Positions 1-10,406 are shown, numbered from the stretch's first letter. The stretch: DNA of 64,000 bases from Candidatus Aenigmatarchaeota archaeon (GCA_043802485.1 JAZDKZ010000004.1:24157-88156), one strand, 5' to 3'. Notes: generated by a model not told the origin, from the sequence alone. Translations and numbers: made by a program.

Positions 1-217
1 TTTCAGAGGGACGCTGAAAACAGCAGACCTTCCCCCTGAAGAATATAATGTATATACTGTCATCGACTACACGACTGGAAAGGCGGAAAAAAGCTCCTCA
101 ATAGAGCTATCGCCAGCCACGTCGCTGGCCATAGAGCAAGGAGGCGACATGACGCTGCTCTTTCTCATCCTAATAGTATTAATTGTTTCGATAATAATAT
201 ACAGAAGAGTAAGATGA
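1..217 (+). CDS. Partial (5'-truncated) surface protein with C-terminal membrane anchor
   Basis: Manual translation of frame 2 is open to TGA 215-217 and ends LLFLILIVLIVSIIIYRRVR; ATGA overlap with next gene. Confidence 0.8.
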   Translation, partial: FRGTLKTADLPPEEYNVYTVIDYTTGKAEKSSSIELSPATSLAIEQGGDMTLLFLILIVLIVSIIIYRRVR

Positions 218-714
218 ACGCAAAATATCTGCTATTGGCCCTTGTTGTTGTTTTCGTGCTGCTTGCAAACATGTTGGAGCCTCCTGAACCAGCAGGAACA
301 GTTGGGAACAAGACTGTTGGCAACTACTCCAACCTGTTCTTTAGCTACAACATAATAAGGTATCCGTCTTCTGTGGAGATAACGCCCGCAGAGAGCCTGA
401 ACAACTCGATAGTGCTGGGGTTCGCCACAGAGAGCTGGAGCATCAACTTTGGCTCGGTGCCGGCCAAGGGCAGCTATGCCACCAGGACTGTAGACATTTC
501 GAACTCCAATGAATTCGACGTAGAGATAATCATGAAGGCCTACGGCAACATATCGGACATGGTCATCTTCAGAGAAAACAACATTGTCCTTGAGCCTGGT
601 GAGAAGAAATCAGTGGGTATTGTTCTGGAGAGCAAAGAGGATATCGGCAACTATTCGGGTGAAATTGACATCATGATCAAGAAACCTATTTATATTTTTC
701 CCTCTATAGTTTGA
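214..714 (+). CDS. Membrane-anchored/secreted beta-sandwich protein
   Basis: 166 aa, N-terminal hydrophobic segment, several N-x-S/T sequons, operonic. Confidence 0.75.
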   Translation: MNAKYLLLALVVVFVLLANMLEPPEPAGTVGNKTVGNYSNLFFSYNIIRYPSSVEITPAESLNNSIVLGFATESWSINFGSVPAKGSYATRTVDISNSNEFDVEIIMKAYGNISDMVIFRENNIVLEPGEKKSVGIVLESKEDIGNYSGEIDIMIKKPIYIFPSIV

Positions 715-1464
715 TTGATGAGGAATTCTTTATTCATTGTCGGTTGCTTCCTGCTGTTGATATGCACAGCATACGCTGCGTCTGTCGAGGTTGGTATATC
801 CGAGGTTATGGAAGGAAAGTTGATATCACTGTCGCATGATAATGCCACAAATATTGTAAAATTTTCTGCAGAGTTCTACAATACAGGAAGCGTGCCGTAC
901 AAGACTAGGATGAAGACAGAGATAATCAAAGGCGATGAAACAGTCTTCAATGGTTGGAGCGACGAGAAAGACTTTATGCCAGGCGACAAGAGAATGTTCG
1001 AAACATATTGGCATGCCACAACCTCTGGAGCATATTCTGTAAAGCTGAAAGCCTACTTTGGGAACGAAATCAAAGAATACAAAAAGGTTGATTTTGTTGT
1101 GGGCAGTGTGGCAGACTCTGAAGACGTCTTTGCCATAGAAAACTTTAGAACATATGATGATTACGTTCTGTTTGATGTCGTGTCAAATGAAGACGTTGAG
1201 AATGTGATAATAATGCCTTCAGGCTATACTGCCGGTTGGATATTCGAACAGAAAACGATAGATAACCTGACAAAAAACAGCTCAAAGTACGTCATGATCA
1301 AATACAAACCAACTCTTTGGTCGCGTTCTGCTGTCAAAATGTCAATAGTCTCTGATGACGGCAAGTACTATACAGAGGAATCGCTTGAAATGAAAAAGCT
1401 GGAAGGCCTGACAGGTCTCTATTTCTATATTACAGACAGCATCAAATATGCTCTTTTCAAGTAA
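715..1464 (+). CDS. Secreted hypothetical protein
   Basis: 249 aa, signal peptide (AYA-A), abuts upstream stop. Confidence 0.75.
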   Translation: MMRNSLFIVGCFLLLICTAYAASVEVGISEVMEGKLISLSHDNATNIVKFSAEFYNTGSVPYKTRMKTEIIKGDETVFNGWSDEKDFMPGDKRMFETYWHATTSGAYSVKLKAYFGNEIKEYKKVDFVVGSVADSEDVFAIENFRTYDDYVLFDVVSNEDVENVIIMPSGYTAGWIFEQKTIDNLTKNSSKYVMIKYKPTLWSRSAVKMSIVSDDGKYYTEESLEMKKLEGLTGLYFYITDSIKYALFK

Positions 1465-1472
1465 TTATATTT

Positions 1473-1557
1473 CAATATAGCTTCTATATAGTATCTATAT
1501 CTATACAGAAAAGTATTTATATAAAATTTATATGTTATCTATATAGTTGCAATATAG
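1473..1557. promoter_or_regulatory. AT-rich promoter region with repeated CTATATAG/CAATATAG motifs, candidate operator of the downstream wHTH gene
   Basis: Palindromic CTATATAG at 1484 and 1539, CAATATAG at 1473 and 1550, around TTTATATA. Confidence 0.4.
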
Positions 1558-1569
1558 AAAGGGATTGAT

Positions 1570-1788
1570 TTGACGGAAAACGGGCTCACAGGCAATGATT
1601 TCGAGAAAAAGGTTCTTGACCTGCTAAGTCAGGAGCTGCTTTCTGTTTCTCAGATAGCCAAAAAACTCGGGATAAGAAGGGATGTTGCAGCAGGCTATCT
1701 CGAGGCATTGAAGAACCAGGGAAAGCTGGAGCTCCATAAGGTGGGCAGATCCAACATATACATGGTTCCAAGGAGGCCGAAGAAATGA
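1570..1788 (+). CDS. Small winged-helix DNA-binding protein
   Basis: LSVSQIAKKLGIRRDVAAGYLEALKNQGKL...KVGRSNIY wHTH pattern; TTG start. Confidence 0.8.
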   Translation: MTENGLTGNDFEKKVLDLLSQELLSVSQIAKKLGIRRDVAAGYLEALKNQGKLELHKVGRSNIYMVPRRPKK

Positions 1789-4154
1789 AAAGAGCGCTTT
1801 TCCTGGCAGTTGTAATGCTCCTGCTTTCGATTCAAGTAGCTTCGGCAGCGCCAGTCATACAGAACGTCTCCATCAGCCCGTCAAGCCCGTGGTTGGGCGA
1901 GAACGTCAACATCTACCTGTCGTGCGCAGACAGTTTGAACAATTCGATAGAAAGCGTGTATGCAGACATAACAGGGCCCAGCATAACCCTTCCAAGGCTT
2001 CACTTTTCAGGTTATGAAAACTATCAGCTGACTGTCAGCAAGGATTATCTTGACAGGACAGGGCTATACAATGCTATGATATACTGTAAGAACAACCTGA
2101 GCAATGTCTCAAGCAATGCAACCAGCTTTTACGTTTCAAGCCTCATAGGATACATAAGCATTGTCAATCCTGAACCAGCGTACATAGGGGACACAATAAC
2201 GATAGACTTTGTGCTAGAGAAGGATGGCGCAAGAATAACGACGGGGGCAGCTTTCAATGTCTCGCTTAACGGCGTGCTGAAAACCCTGAAGGTCGTTCCT
2301 GCCTATGACAGCATCAGGGGATGGATACTGAAGCTTGATGCACCCACAACTTCTGGCAACTACGACTTGGACGCTGTGGCGTTTTATGGTGGCACAAGCG
2401 TGTCAGACTCGGACACGATAGACGTCAGGAACAGCATAGAGTTTGAAATAGTTTCCATGGACAAAAACTGGATCAAGGGCAATGACAACATGACTGTAGT
2501 GCTTAGGGCTATGGAAAAGGGCAGCGTCATCGATCTTGACAAGAGCGATGTTGGGATAAAGATAGGGTCAGGCGATGCTGAAGTTACCGGATTTTCCAGA
2601 CAAGGCGACACTTATGTTGCAAATATAATAGCACCCACATTGTCGCCAGGAAGATACCAGCTGGAGGCGTACCTCTATCATGCTGGCAAGACATATTCTG
2701 ACAGTAGGTCGGTTGACTACATAGTCGCCGTGTCAGGAGACATAGTGGATGCCAACAACAAGGCTGTCAGCACGCAGATAAAGTTCATCCAGTATGGCGT
2801 TACCAAGCTTACGTTGTCAAGCGATTCTTACGGACATTATAGCGGTTCAATACCTCTGGGCACGTACGACATAACTGTCAGCTTTCCCAAATCGAAACTC
2901 GAGTTGACCAGCGTTCTTGTCAACAATTTCGACGACCCGATAAACCATTTTTATGGGGACGACTTTGAAATAACCGGCCTGAGAAACGCGGGAGTTTACA
3001 ACTATGACATTGACCTCACATATTCAATAGTCAGGATTGAGATGGACTATAATGAAAAGAACATAGTGGACGAGAACAATCTCAGAGTATACAGGTGCTC
3101 AGAATGGAACTCCGGGAAGAAGGTTTGCAATGATGAATGGGAAGAGATAGGCTATGAAATAGACATGATAAGAAACAAAGCAAAAGTCAACTCTTCGAGC
3201 CTGTCGGCTTTTGTGATAGGAGAGGTAAAGGACATTAATGTAATTTTCAGCCTTGACAAAGAAGAGTACAACCTTGATGAAAAAATAAAGGTTTCTGGCA
3301 TAGTCAAGGATGCTGACGGCAAAAGCGTGAGCAACGCTTCTCTTCGCGTCTATATCAAAAACACACTAGAAAGCCTTGACACTATTGCCGACAACAACGG
3401 CGTCTTCTCCTTAGAGCTCGATGTTCCGGAGAACGAGGGAGAGTATCTGATAGTAGTGGAGGCTGAAAAGGAACCGTATAACGATTTCAAGGGAGAGAAG
3501 AGCTTTGATGTTGTGAAAAGCAGGTCTCTCTTTATAGATTTCCCAGAAACTGTAAGAATAGAGAGGGGCAAGAACTTTAGCCAGGAGTTCACTATTTTGA
3601 ACAATGGTCAAATCAATATTGATAACATAATGTTAACCTTGGAGGGGCTTCCTTCAGAGTATTACAACATAAGGCCTGAAACAATAGGCTTGGACGTGGA
3701 TGAAAGCAGGACCATCTACATAGACTTTTCAGTTCCTGTTTATGCAGAAACTGGGATATCAAGTGTCAGTTTGAAAGCAGAGAATGAGGAGCTTTCAGAA
3801 GAGATTGTTTTCGGTTTCAATGTCTTCGAGGAGGATGACCAGGTTTCAGTGCCGACAACAGGACTTGCCACAGGCTTTGCAATACCGCAGATAAGCTATA
3901 TGGAATTGGTTTATGTGGGCGTTTTTGCAGTAGTTTGTTTTTCCGCGGCAATTCTTTTGAAGAAGAGGACAGCTGGGGACAAAAGAAGCAATATAAGGAG
4001 CTTCCTTTTCGGTGTCAGAAAATATATGAGCTTTGATGACAGAACGTCTGTTGTGAAAAAAGATGGCTCGTATGACAAGCTGATAATAACAGAATTTCCT
4101 AATGTTTTAAAATTTTCCAATAATTTGACTCAAACAGAAAAAGGTGATAAATAA
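1785..4154 (+). CDS. Large multi-Ig-like cell-surface glycoprotein
   Basis: 789 aa, signal peptide, beta-rich repeats, C-terminal TM helix followed by KKR. Confidence 0.8.
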   Translation: MKRALFLAVVMLLLSIQVASAAPVIQNVSISPSSPWLGENVNIYLSCADSLNNSIESVYADITGPSITLPRLHFSGYENYQLTVSKDYLDRTGLYNAMIYCKNNLSNVSSNATSFYVSSLIGYISIVNPEPAYIGDTITIDFVLEKDGARITTGAAFNVSLNGVLKTLKVVPAYDSIRGWILKLDAPTTSGNYDLDAVAFYGGTSVSDSDTIDVRNSIEFEIVSMDKNWIKGNDNMTVVLRAMEKGSVIDLDKSDVGIKIGSGDAEVTGFSRQGDTYVANIIAPTLSPGRYQLEAYLYHAGKTYSDSRSVDYIVAVSGDIVDANNKAVSTQIKFIQYGVTKLTLSSDSYGHYSGSIPLGTYDITVSFPKSKLELTSVLVNNFDDPINHFYGDDFEITGLRNAGVYNYDIDLTYSIVRIEMDYNEKNIVDENNLRVYRCSEWNSGKKVCNDEWEEIGYEIDMIRNKAKVNSSSLSAFVIGEVKDINVIFSLDKEEYNLDEKIKVSGIVKDADGKSVSNASLRVYIKNTLESLDTIADNNGVFSLELDVPENEGEYLIVVEAEKEPYNDFKGEKSFDVVKSRSLFIDFPETVRIERGKNFSQEFTILNNGQINIDNIMLTLEGLPSEYYNIRPETIGLDVDESRTIYIDFSVPVYAETGISSVSLKAENEELSEEIVFGFNVFEEDDQVSVPTTGLATGFAIPQISYMELVYVGVFAVVCFSAAILLKKRTAGDKRSNIRSFLFGVRKYMSFDDRTSVVKKDGSYDKLIITEFPNVLKFSNNLTQTEKGDK

Positions 4155-4930
4155 TGGTAAGAATAATAAGCATTGTCTCTGGCAAGGGCGGCGTTGGCAA
4201 GACAACGCTCGCAGCCAACCTTGGAGTTGCTTTGCAAAAGTACAACAAGAAAGTGGCAGTGATAGACTTCAACATAACGACGTCCCATCTCAGCCTCTAC
4301 TTTGACATGTACAAGTGCCCGCTGACCCTGAACAACTTCCTTAGAAACGAGGTGAAGCTTGAGGACGCCATCTACTCTCATGAATCTGGCCTGAGTGTTG
4401 TGCCAGCTTCTCTTAAACTGAACGACGTTGTGAACCTTGATGTCAGCAACCTGAAAGAAAAGCTAAGGCAGGTGTTTAGCAGTTATGATATAGTTATTCT
4501 TGATTCAGCACCAGGACTGGGAAAGGAGGCGCTGATAGCACTGCAGGCAAGCGACGAGATTCTGTTCGTGGCAAACCCCTTCATACCGTCGCTGGTTGAC
4601 ATAGAAAAGTGCAAACATGTCATTAGCACTCTTCAGACAAGACCCATGCCGATAGGCGTTGTGGTGAACCGAGTCAGGAACAAGAAGTACGAGCTGACTA
4701 TGGACGAGATACAACAGTTCCTAGAGCTTCCGATAATAGGCTATATCCCAGAGGATGAGGAAGTGCTGGCAAGCTTCAACAGGAAGACGCTCGTGGCATC
4801 GTCAAAAAAGGATTCCCCTTCCAAGAAAGCTTTCTTCAAGATAGCTGCCAAAATCGCTGGGCACAAGTACAACTATGGGTTTTGGGAAAAGCTGAAGATG
4901 TCCTTCAAAAAGAAAAAAGAGTTTGGTTGA
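4154..4930 (+). CDS. minD: MinD/ParA-family ATPase (paralog 1)
   Basis: Deviant Walker A SGKGGVGKTT, DSAPG, C-terminal amphipathic FWEKLKMSF. Confidence 0.88.
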   Translation: MVRIISIVSGKGGVGKTTLAANLGVALQKYNKKVAVIDFNITTSHLSLYFDMYKCPLTLNNFLRNEVKLEDAIYSHESGLSVVPASLKLNDVVNLDVSNLKEKLRQVFSSYDIVILDSAPGLGKEALIALQASDEILFVANPFIPSLVDIEKCKHVISTLQTRPMPIGVVVNRVRNKKYELTMDEIQQFLELPIIGYIPEDEEVLASFNRKTLVASSKKDSPSKKAFFKIAAKIAGHKYNYGFWEKLKMSFKKKKEFG

Positions 4931-4939
4931 GGTTTTTCT

Positions 4940-6271
4940 GTGAGCATGCGTTTCAAAGGAATGCTTTTTTTAATTTTACTAGTCCTACTGATAAACTGCT
5001 CTATCGTTTTCGCCCAGGCAGTTGTTCAGTACAACCAGACAGGTGCTCCCTATTTAGACACGGGCGAGACCCCTTCAGGGGACTATAATGATTTGAATAT
5101 TCTGGGAGAGGATTTGACTTATGATATCGTCGAAGAGTTTAGGTTCGGCAACAATTTCGTCGATGTCTGGCACAACTCAACCCAGATAGCTGACGGCAAC
5201 ATAGACTCCATCAACGCCACAATAAATTTTACCACCAATGTCTCTGACGACTATAGCCTGAACATATATGACTGGTTCAATTCTATTTGGGTTTCCGCAG
5301 GATGCGATTCTGGAAGCGTTTTGGCGGACACGCCGATGAAATGGTGGTGCAACATCACGACAGATGCCATGAATTACAACTCGTCTGACAGAAGGATAAG
5401 GTTCAAGATAAACTCCACAGGAGACTCTGATGTCGGCCTGCTGAAAGAGGACTATGTCCAATACTACGTGGGTTATCTGAGTTATCTGGAAGTCAACATG
5501 ACCAACCCCGACCCAGTGGCAACAATGAACGTTATACAGAACCGGACTTTTTTCGCAAACACCTCTGTGATTTGCAGGGACGGACCGTGCGGAGAGGTTT
5601 TTGCAACAATATTGTATAACCTCTCATCCGTTTATCCAGACACGCCCGTCAATACCACGGAAGGTGACAAACCGCTTTACATACAGGAAAGCCCTGCCAA
5701 TGCGCTAAAGTCGTGCGGAACATTGGACAAGGACGAACCGTGTCTCATCAACTGGTCAATGAACGCCACAGGAGTTATCGGCAGCGAATGGAAAATCGGT
5801 GCTGTGTTCAATTCGTCGTATACGCAAATAGAAGGCAACAGCACCGACAACGTGACGATTTCCATAAACGACTGCACGGTGGACATAAGCATACAGTGGG
5901 AGTCTGTTGTCTTCGGGCTGTTGGATCCCAGCACATCGGAGAACAGCGCCTCAGGCAATGACGGCAACGAATACAACATAACTGTCAATCCAGGGAGCTG
6001 CAATCTTGACATCTACATAAACGGGACAGACATAACCAATGCGACTCTGGGATATACCATAGACGCCTCAAACGTCAGCTGGAGCAACACGACCAACCTT
6101 TTCTCAGAGTCTCACAACATGTCGACATCAGTCAGCCTATTAAAATCAGATGTTCCGGAAGGTACCAATGTAACAACATGGTACTGGATGAACGTGCCTC
6201 CTGTTTACACAGGTTATTACAAGGGAACAATATCCATATGGGGTGTGAAAAATGGCCAAAGTTCTCCTTAG
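4940..6271 (+). CDS. Secreted glycoprotein
   Basis: 443 aa, signal peptide, many N-x-S/T sequons, paired Cys. Confidence 0.8.
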   Translation: MSMRFKGMLFLILLVLLINCSIVFAQAVVQYNQTGAPYLDTGETPSGDYNDLNILGEDLTYDIVEEFRFGNNFVDVWHNSTQIADGNIDSINATINFTTNVSDDYSLNIYDWFNSIWVSAGCDSGSVLADTPMKWWCNITTDAMNYNSSDRRIRFKINSTGDSDVGLLKEDYVQYYVGYLSYLEVNMTNPDPVATMNVIQNRTFFANTSVICRDGPCGEVFATILYNLSSVYPDTPVNTTEGDKPLYIQESPANALKSCGTLDKDEPCLINWSMNATGVIGSEWKIGAVFNSSYTQIEGNSTDNVTISINDCTVDISIQWESVVFGLLDPSTSENSASGNDGNEYNITVNPGSCNLDIYINGTDITNATLGYTIDASNVSWSNTTNLFSESHNMSTSVSLLKSDVPEGTNVTTWYWMNVPPVYTGYYKGTISIWGVKNGQSSP

Positions 6272-6875
6272 ACTTTCATCGGTTCTTCTGTCCTTGATCC
6301 TGCTATCGACCAGCGCATACTCGATAAACATAGGCAGTGTCATCAAAAACGACTTTGCAGAAACATCAATTAACGAGTCAGCCAGCTTCAAAATATTATT
6401 CTGGAACTCTGGAAACGAATCTTACGCATTGAAGCTTGCTGTATCCGGCCAGCCTGAAGGGTGGGCAGTGATAATAGACCCTGAAGAATTCGTTTTGAAC
6501 AAGTCTGTGGGCGAGGAATACATCAGCCTTCCTTACATGAACGAAAACATCAGGGCAAAGGTTGTAAACGTCTTTGTAAAGCCTGATTCGGAAAGCCTGA
6601 GCGGAAACTATTCTGTCACCATAGTCTCTGGCGCCGTATATGACACTCCATATTTGCTGACGGTCGTCCCTAAAACGTCTTTTGTTTTGAGAATAGGTTT
6701 GAAAGGCGGCAGAACGGAGAACAAGGAAGCCGAAGTACAAAACGCAAAAGAGAATATTGATAATGAAATCGCGGAGGTGATGATTGACGGTGAAGAAAGC
6801 AGCGACAGCGTTCTTCTTCTTGTTTTAGTTTTTCTTATCCTGGGCGCGGCGATAGCTGTATACAAAAAATCTTAA
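6252..6875 (+). CDS. Surface protein with C-terminal TM anchor
   Basis: Signal peptide, Ig-like core, hydrophobic tail plus YKKS. Confidence 0.75.
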   Translation: MAKVLLRLSSVLLSLILLSTSAYSINIGSVIKNDFAETSINESASFKILFWNSGNESYALKLAVSGQPEGWAVIIDPEEFVLNKSVGEEYISLPYMNENIRAKVVNVFVKPDSESLSGNYSVTIVSGAVYDTPYLLTVVPKTSFVLRIGLKGGRTENKEAEVQNAKENIDNEIAEVMIDGEESSDSVLLLVLVFLILGAAIAVYKKS

Positions 6876-6906
6876 GGGTTTTATATCTAAAATCCGAATT
6901 AGTTAT

Positions 6907-8130
6907 ATGAGAGAGTTTTGGCCGCATATTCTTCTTCTATTGCTAGTTCTAGTCGCATTGGCCTACTTGGTGCCTTATGGCATAACGGGCATGACAATGC
7001 ACCAGATATCTTTGTCGATTAAGAGCAACATGAGCGGCCAGATATCTGCCTTTAACTATGAGCCGATAGCCAACATTTCAGAAATACAAGACATATATGT
7101 AGAGTTCCTCAATTCAGGCACAGAGAAGTACACGCTAACGCTTGAGGTGTTCATCTACTACTATTCTGACAGATTGAAAGAGATGGCGCATTATCAGGAT
7201 TCCAGCGTTGTCCTTTATCCTGGAATGAGAAGGCCGTTCGAGACAAAGTTCCTTCCAAACGAGATGGGATACTATTACATAAAGGTAAGAGTAACCATGG
7301 GGACCAAGAGGATGGAAGCTTGGGGAAGCTTCTATGTAACTTACCCGGACTACAGTCCTTTCATACCGGCCCAGTACCAGCCATACGGAACGTATGCTGA
7401 GGTAACGCCCTCCCTGAACATAAGCTATCCTGAATCAGTGGTGGTCTATCCTGGCAGGAGCGTTCTGACAAACATCAGGGTGCAGAACATAGGAAATGCC
7501 ACCATACACGAAGTAAAGATGCATCTATCCGCTTCAAACCTTCTGGAAATAGACATGAACCCGAAGGAGTCGTATTATCTTGACCCGGGCAAGACGTTGA
7601 CATTCCTGCTGGACATATACGCGCCGAGTGACATGCCCATAGGCGAATATCCGATAGACTTTGAGCTTGTCACAAGGGAGTTGAAGGACAGTGGAACAAT
7701 AGTTGTGAACGTGACAGCATACAACGTATCACTCAAGGAGGAAGTTGGTAAAACAATTCTCAATTATGACTTGCTAATAGCCCAGTTGGAAAGGGAGATC
7801 CTGGACGCCCGGGCAAAGGACATAAACACAACCTTGGCTGAAAACGATTTGGAACTTGCCAAAACTAGGATGCAGGAAGCCAAGGACTATTATGTACAGG
7901 AGGATTATGAATCGGCAAAAGACTCGTTGGACGATGTCAAGGACATTCTGAAGGACGCTGTTCTAAAGCTTGCCCAAGCGTCTTTCGTGGTTTTCGTTGC
8001 CCCAGCGTTCAGTCCGCTCTGGCTACTTTTGATAATAATCATGATAGCGCTGGTGCTATTGTTCATACAGAGAAGAGAGAGGAAAGAGAAGAAACCGAAA
8101 CTGCTTAGAACTTCAGATTCTGAAGCATAG
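6907..8130 (+). CDS. Membrane protein with CARDB/NEW3-like domain and helical stalk
   Basis: N- and C-terminal TM segments, IRVQNIGN Ig-like motif, coiled region. Confidence 0.75.
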   Translation: MREFWPHILLLLLVLVALAYLVPYGITGMTMHQISLSIKSNMSGQISAFNYEPIANISEIQDIYVEFLNSGTEKYTLTLEVFIYYYSDRLKEMAHYQDSSVVLYPGMRRPFETKFLPNEMGYYYIKVRVTMGTKRMEAWGSFYVTYPDYSPFIPAQYQPYGTYAEVTPSLNISYPESVVVYPGRSVLTNIRVQNIGNATIHEVKMHLSASNLLEIDMNPKESYYLDPGKTLTFLLDIYAPSDMPIGEYPIDFELVTRELKDSGTIVVNVTAYNVSLKEEVGKTILNYDLLIAQLEREILDARAKDINTTLAENDLELAKTRMQEAKDYYVQEDYESAKDSLDDVKDILKDAVLKLAQASFVVFVAPAFSPLWLLLIIIMIALVLLFIQRRERKEKKPKLLRTSDSEA

Positions 8131-8163
8131 ACTTTAAAGTAAAGAAAAAAATATCTATAAAGC

Positions 8164-8433
8164 ATGGGTCTTTTCGGTCCTTTAGTCTACAAGAGCAAGA
8201 AAAGGAAGAAGAATTTCTGGCTTCATATGACAGTCAAGGGAAAGTCAAAGCTGTACTTTTTTTCAGAAGACCCGAAGGATGCCTTAGGCAGCGTTCCAAA
8301 AGGTTATGAGGTTTACGAGGAACCCAAAACAGGGCTCCCTTTCCTAAGAAAGGGCGGTGGTGGCTTTTTGGGCAAACTTTTTGGCAACAGAAAGGTTAAA
8401 AAAGATAAGAAACCACAAAAATTAAAAGAGTAG
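8164..8433 (+). CDS. Small basic hypothetical protein
   Basis: 89 aa, operonic with second minD. Confidence 0.7.
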   Translation: MGLFGPLVYKSKKRKKNFWLHMTVKGKSKLYFFSEDPKDALGSVPKGYEVYEEPKTGLPFLRKGGGGFLGKLFGNRKVKKDKKPQKLKE

Positions 8434-8443
8434 TGGTGGTGTA

Positions 8444-9211
8444 ATGGCTAGGATAATAAGCATTGTTTCAGGCAAGGGCGGCGTTGGCAAGACCACGCTA
8501 GGCCTTAACATAGGCGCGTCTCTTGCAAAGCACTTTAAGAAGAACGTCACTCTTGTCGATTGTAATGTTACAACATCACACGTCGGCCTTTATCTGGGCA
8601 TGTATTACTGCCCCATAACCTTGAACAAGGTCCTGAGAGGCGAGCACAAGATCGAGGACGCTGTGAACGAGCACTACAGCGGCATGAAGGTGGTTCCCGC
8701 TTCTTTGTCCCTGACTGACTTGGAGGGCGTGGACATAACCGAGCTCAGGAACAAGCTCAAGGGTTTGATGGACGACAACGACATTATTCTTCTTGACAGC
8801 AGCCCTGGCTTAGGCAGGGAGGGCGTGGCGTCGATGAGGGCTGCTGACGAGGTTCTGTATGTGACAAATCCGTACATACCTTTTGTTATGGACATTGTCA
8901 GGTGCCAGGAGATTGCCAACGAGATAGGTGTCAAGCCCCTTGGTGTTGTAGTAAACATGTCCAACAACAAGAACTATGAGATGTCGACAGACGAGATAGA
9001 GGAGATGACAAAGCTGCCTGTCATCGCGACAATACCACATGACAGGAATGTCCACAAGAGCCTTACATTGAAAATGCCGGTTGTGTTGTTCAAGCCCTAC
9101 AGCGCTGCCAGCAAGGAGATGATAAAACTCTCATCAAAACTGGTTGGAGAGGTCTACAAGACAGAAGGCAAGCTTCTAAGGCTTTTGCGAAGACTAAGGC
9201 TCAAAAAATAA
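8444..9211 (+). CDS. minD: MinD/ParA-family ATPase (paralog 2)
   Basis: SGKGGVGKTT, DSSPG, amphipathic tail LLRLLRRLRL. Confidence 0.88.
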   Translation: MARIISIVSGKGGVGKTTLGLNIGASLAKHFKKNVTLVDCNVTTSHVGLYLGMYYCPITLNKVLRGEHKIEDAVNEHYSGMKVVPASLSLTDLEGVDITELRNKLKGLMDDNDIILLDSSPGLGREGVASMRAADEVLYVTNPYIPFVMDIVRCQEIANEIGVKPLGVVVNMSNNKNYEMSTDEIEEMTKLPVIATIPHDRNVHKSLTLKMPVVLFKPYSAASKEMIKLSSKLVGEVYKTEGKLLRLLRRLRLKK

Positions 9212-9242
9212 GCTTAAATCTCTTTGGAAAGCACTATTTCTC

Positions 9243-9692
9243 ATGTCTTACAAAACGGCGTTTTGGATACTGATATTCTTGACAGTCATATCCGCAGCGC
9301 TACAGCTTTTCGGCTACGACTTTCTGCAAGTCCTGATAGTCCTTCTTATCGCAGATTCCATAGGCTTCGGGGCCATAGTTGAGCTTGAAAAGAAGAGGTC
9401 CTTCAAGGAAGAGGAGGTCGGAAAGGCTATAAAGCAGAAGATAGAAAGCCTTGAGGAAGTGTGCAAGGACGTGGTCAAACGGGTGAATGTCGGCTTTGTG
9501 ATGGAAGAAATTGAGACAAGGCTGAACAAGCAAAAGGAAGACCAGAAAAGCGCTTTGGACAAGATAGCTGAGAAGACGCTCAGTCTTGAGAGGAAGCTAA
9601 ACAATTTCGGCGCGAGCCTGGCAGAGCACCTCCAGGTAAACAAGGAAGAGGACGTCTCAGACTATATCTTCATGGAAGACGATGAAAAGTAA
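9243..9692 (+). CDS. Two-TM coiled-coil protein
   Basis: Two N-terminal hydrophobic helices followed by heptad-rich region. Confidence 0.7.
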   Translation: MSYKTAFWILIFLTVISAALQLFGYDFLQVLIVLLIADSIGFGAIVELEKKRSFKEEEVGKAIKQKIESLEEVCKDVVKRVNVGFVMEEIETRLNKQKEDQKSALDKIAEKTLSLERKLNNFGASLAEHLQVNKEEDVSDYIFMEDDEK

Positions 9693-9719
9693 AGATTTAA
9701 ATATATTTCAAAAGTAATT

Positions 9720-9761
9720 AATCATCACTGCTTCGGCAGTAGCATAGTGCGTGAGCTGATT
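9720..9761 (+). promoter_or_regulatory. Structured 5' leader of uL1 operon
   Basis: ACTGC-TTCG-GCAGT hairpin 9727-9740 inside AATCA/TGATT outer pairing, downstream of TTTAAATA. Confidence 0.45.
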
Positions 9762-9763
9762 GT

Positions 9764-10402
9764 ATGGTTGAAGGAAAGATATTAGCAGCAGTTAAAGAAG
9801 CTAGGAAAAGCGACAAGAGAAATTTCAAGCAAGGCTTTGACCTAGCCATCAATCTGAAAAACATAGACCTGAAAAAGCCGGAGAACAGAATAAAGACCGA
9901 GCTGAGCCTGCCCAATGACACTGGAAAGAAGATGAAAATCGGTGTCATAGTTGACAGCCTAGCGTCTCAGGCAATCGGTTTAGAAGATGTCATTGTTATA
10001 AAGAGGGACCAGTTGGAAAGTTTCGGAAAGGACAAGAAATCCGCCAAGAAGATCGCAAGGCAGTGCTCCTATTTCGTGGCAGAAGCACCGCTCATGCCTC
10101 TGGTGGGTAAGAACCTGGGCCCCATTCTCGCCCCAAGGAACCTGATGCCTGTGCCATTGCCTCCGACAGCAGACCTGAAGGCCAATGTCAACAGCAGGAA
10201 GAACATACTAAAGATACAGCTGAAGAGCTCGCCCTCGATAAACCTGGGGGTCGGCAAGGAGGAGATGGAGGACGAGAAGGTGGCAGAGAACATCGAAGCT
10301 GTGATAAACGCAGTCATAAGCAAGCTGCCGAAAAACAAGGAGCAGGTAAAGAACTATGTTGTCAAACTAACAATGGGCAAGCCTGTAAAATTCAAGTTGT
10401 GA
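9764..10402 (+). CDS. rpl1: 50S ribosomal protein uL1
   Basis: RNFKQGFDLAINLKNIDL, LGPILAPRNLMP, KLTMGKP. Confidence 0.96.
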   Translation: MVEGKILAAVKEARKSDKRNFKQGFDLAINLKNIDLKKPENRIKTELSLPNDTGKKMKIGVIVDSLASQAIGLEDVIVIKRDQLESFGKDKKSAKKIARQCSYFVAEAPLMPLVGKNLGPILAPRNLMPVPLPPTADLKANVNSRKNILKIQLKSSPSINLGVGKEEMEDEKVAENIEAVINAVISKLPKNKEQVKNYVVKLTMGKPVKFKL

Positions 10403-10406
10403 TTTC

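Noticed and set aside
4154..8500. Near-identical DNA at the starts of the two minD genes as a repeat system
   Set aside because: Explained by the conserved Walker A region of two full-length paralogs
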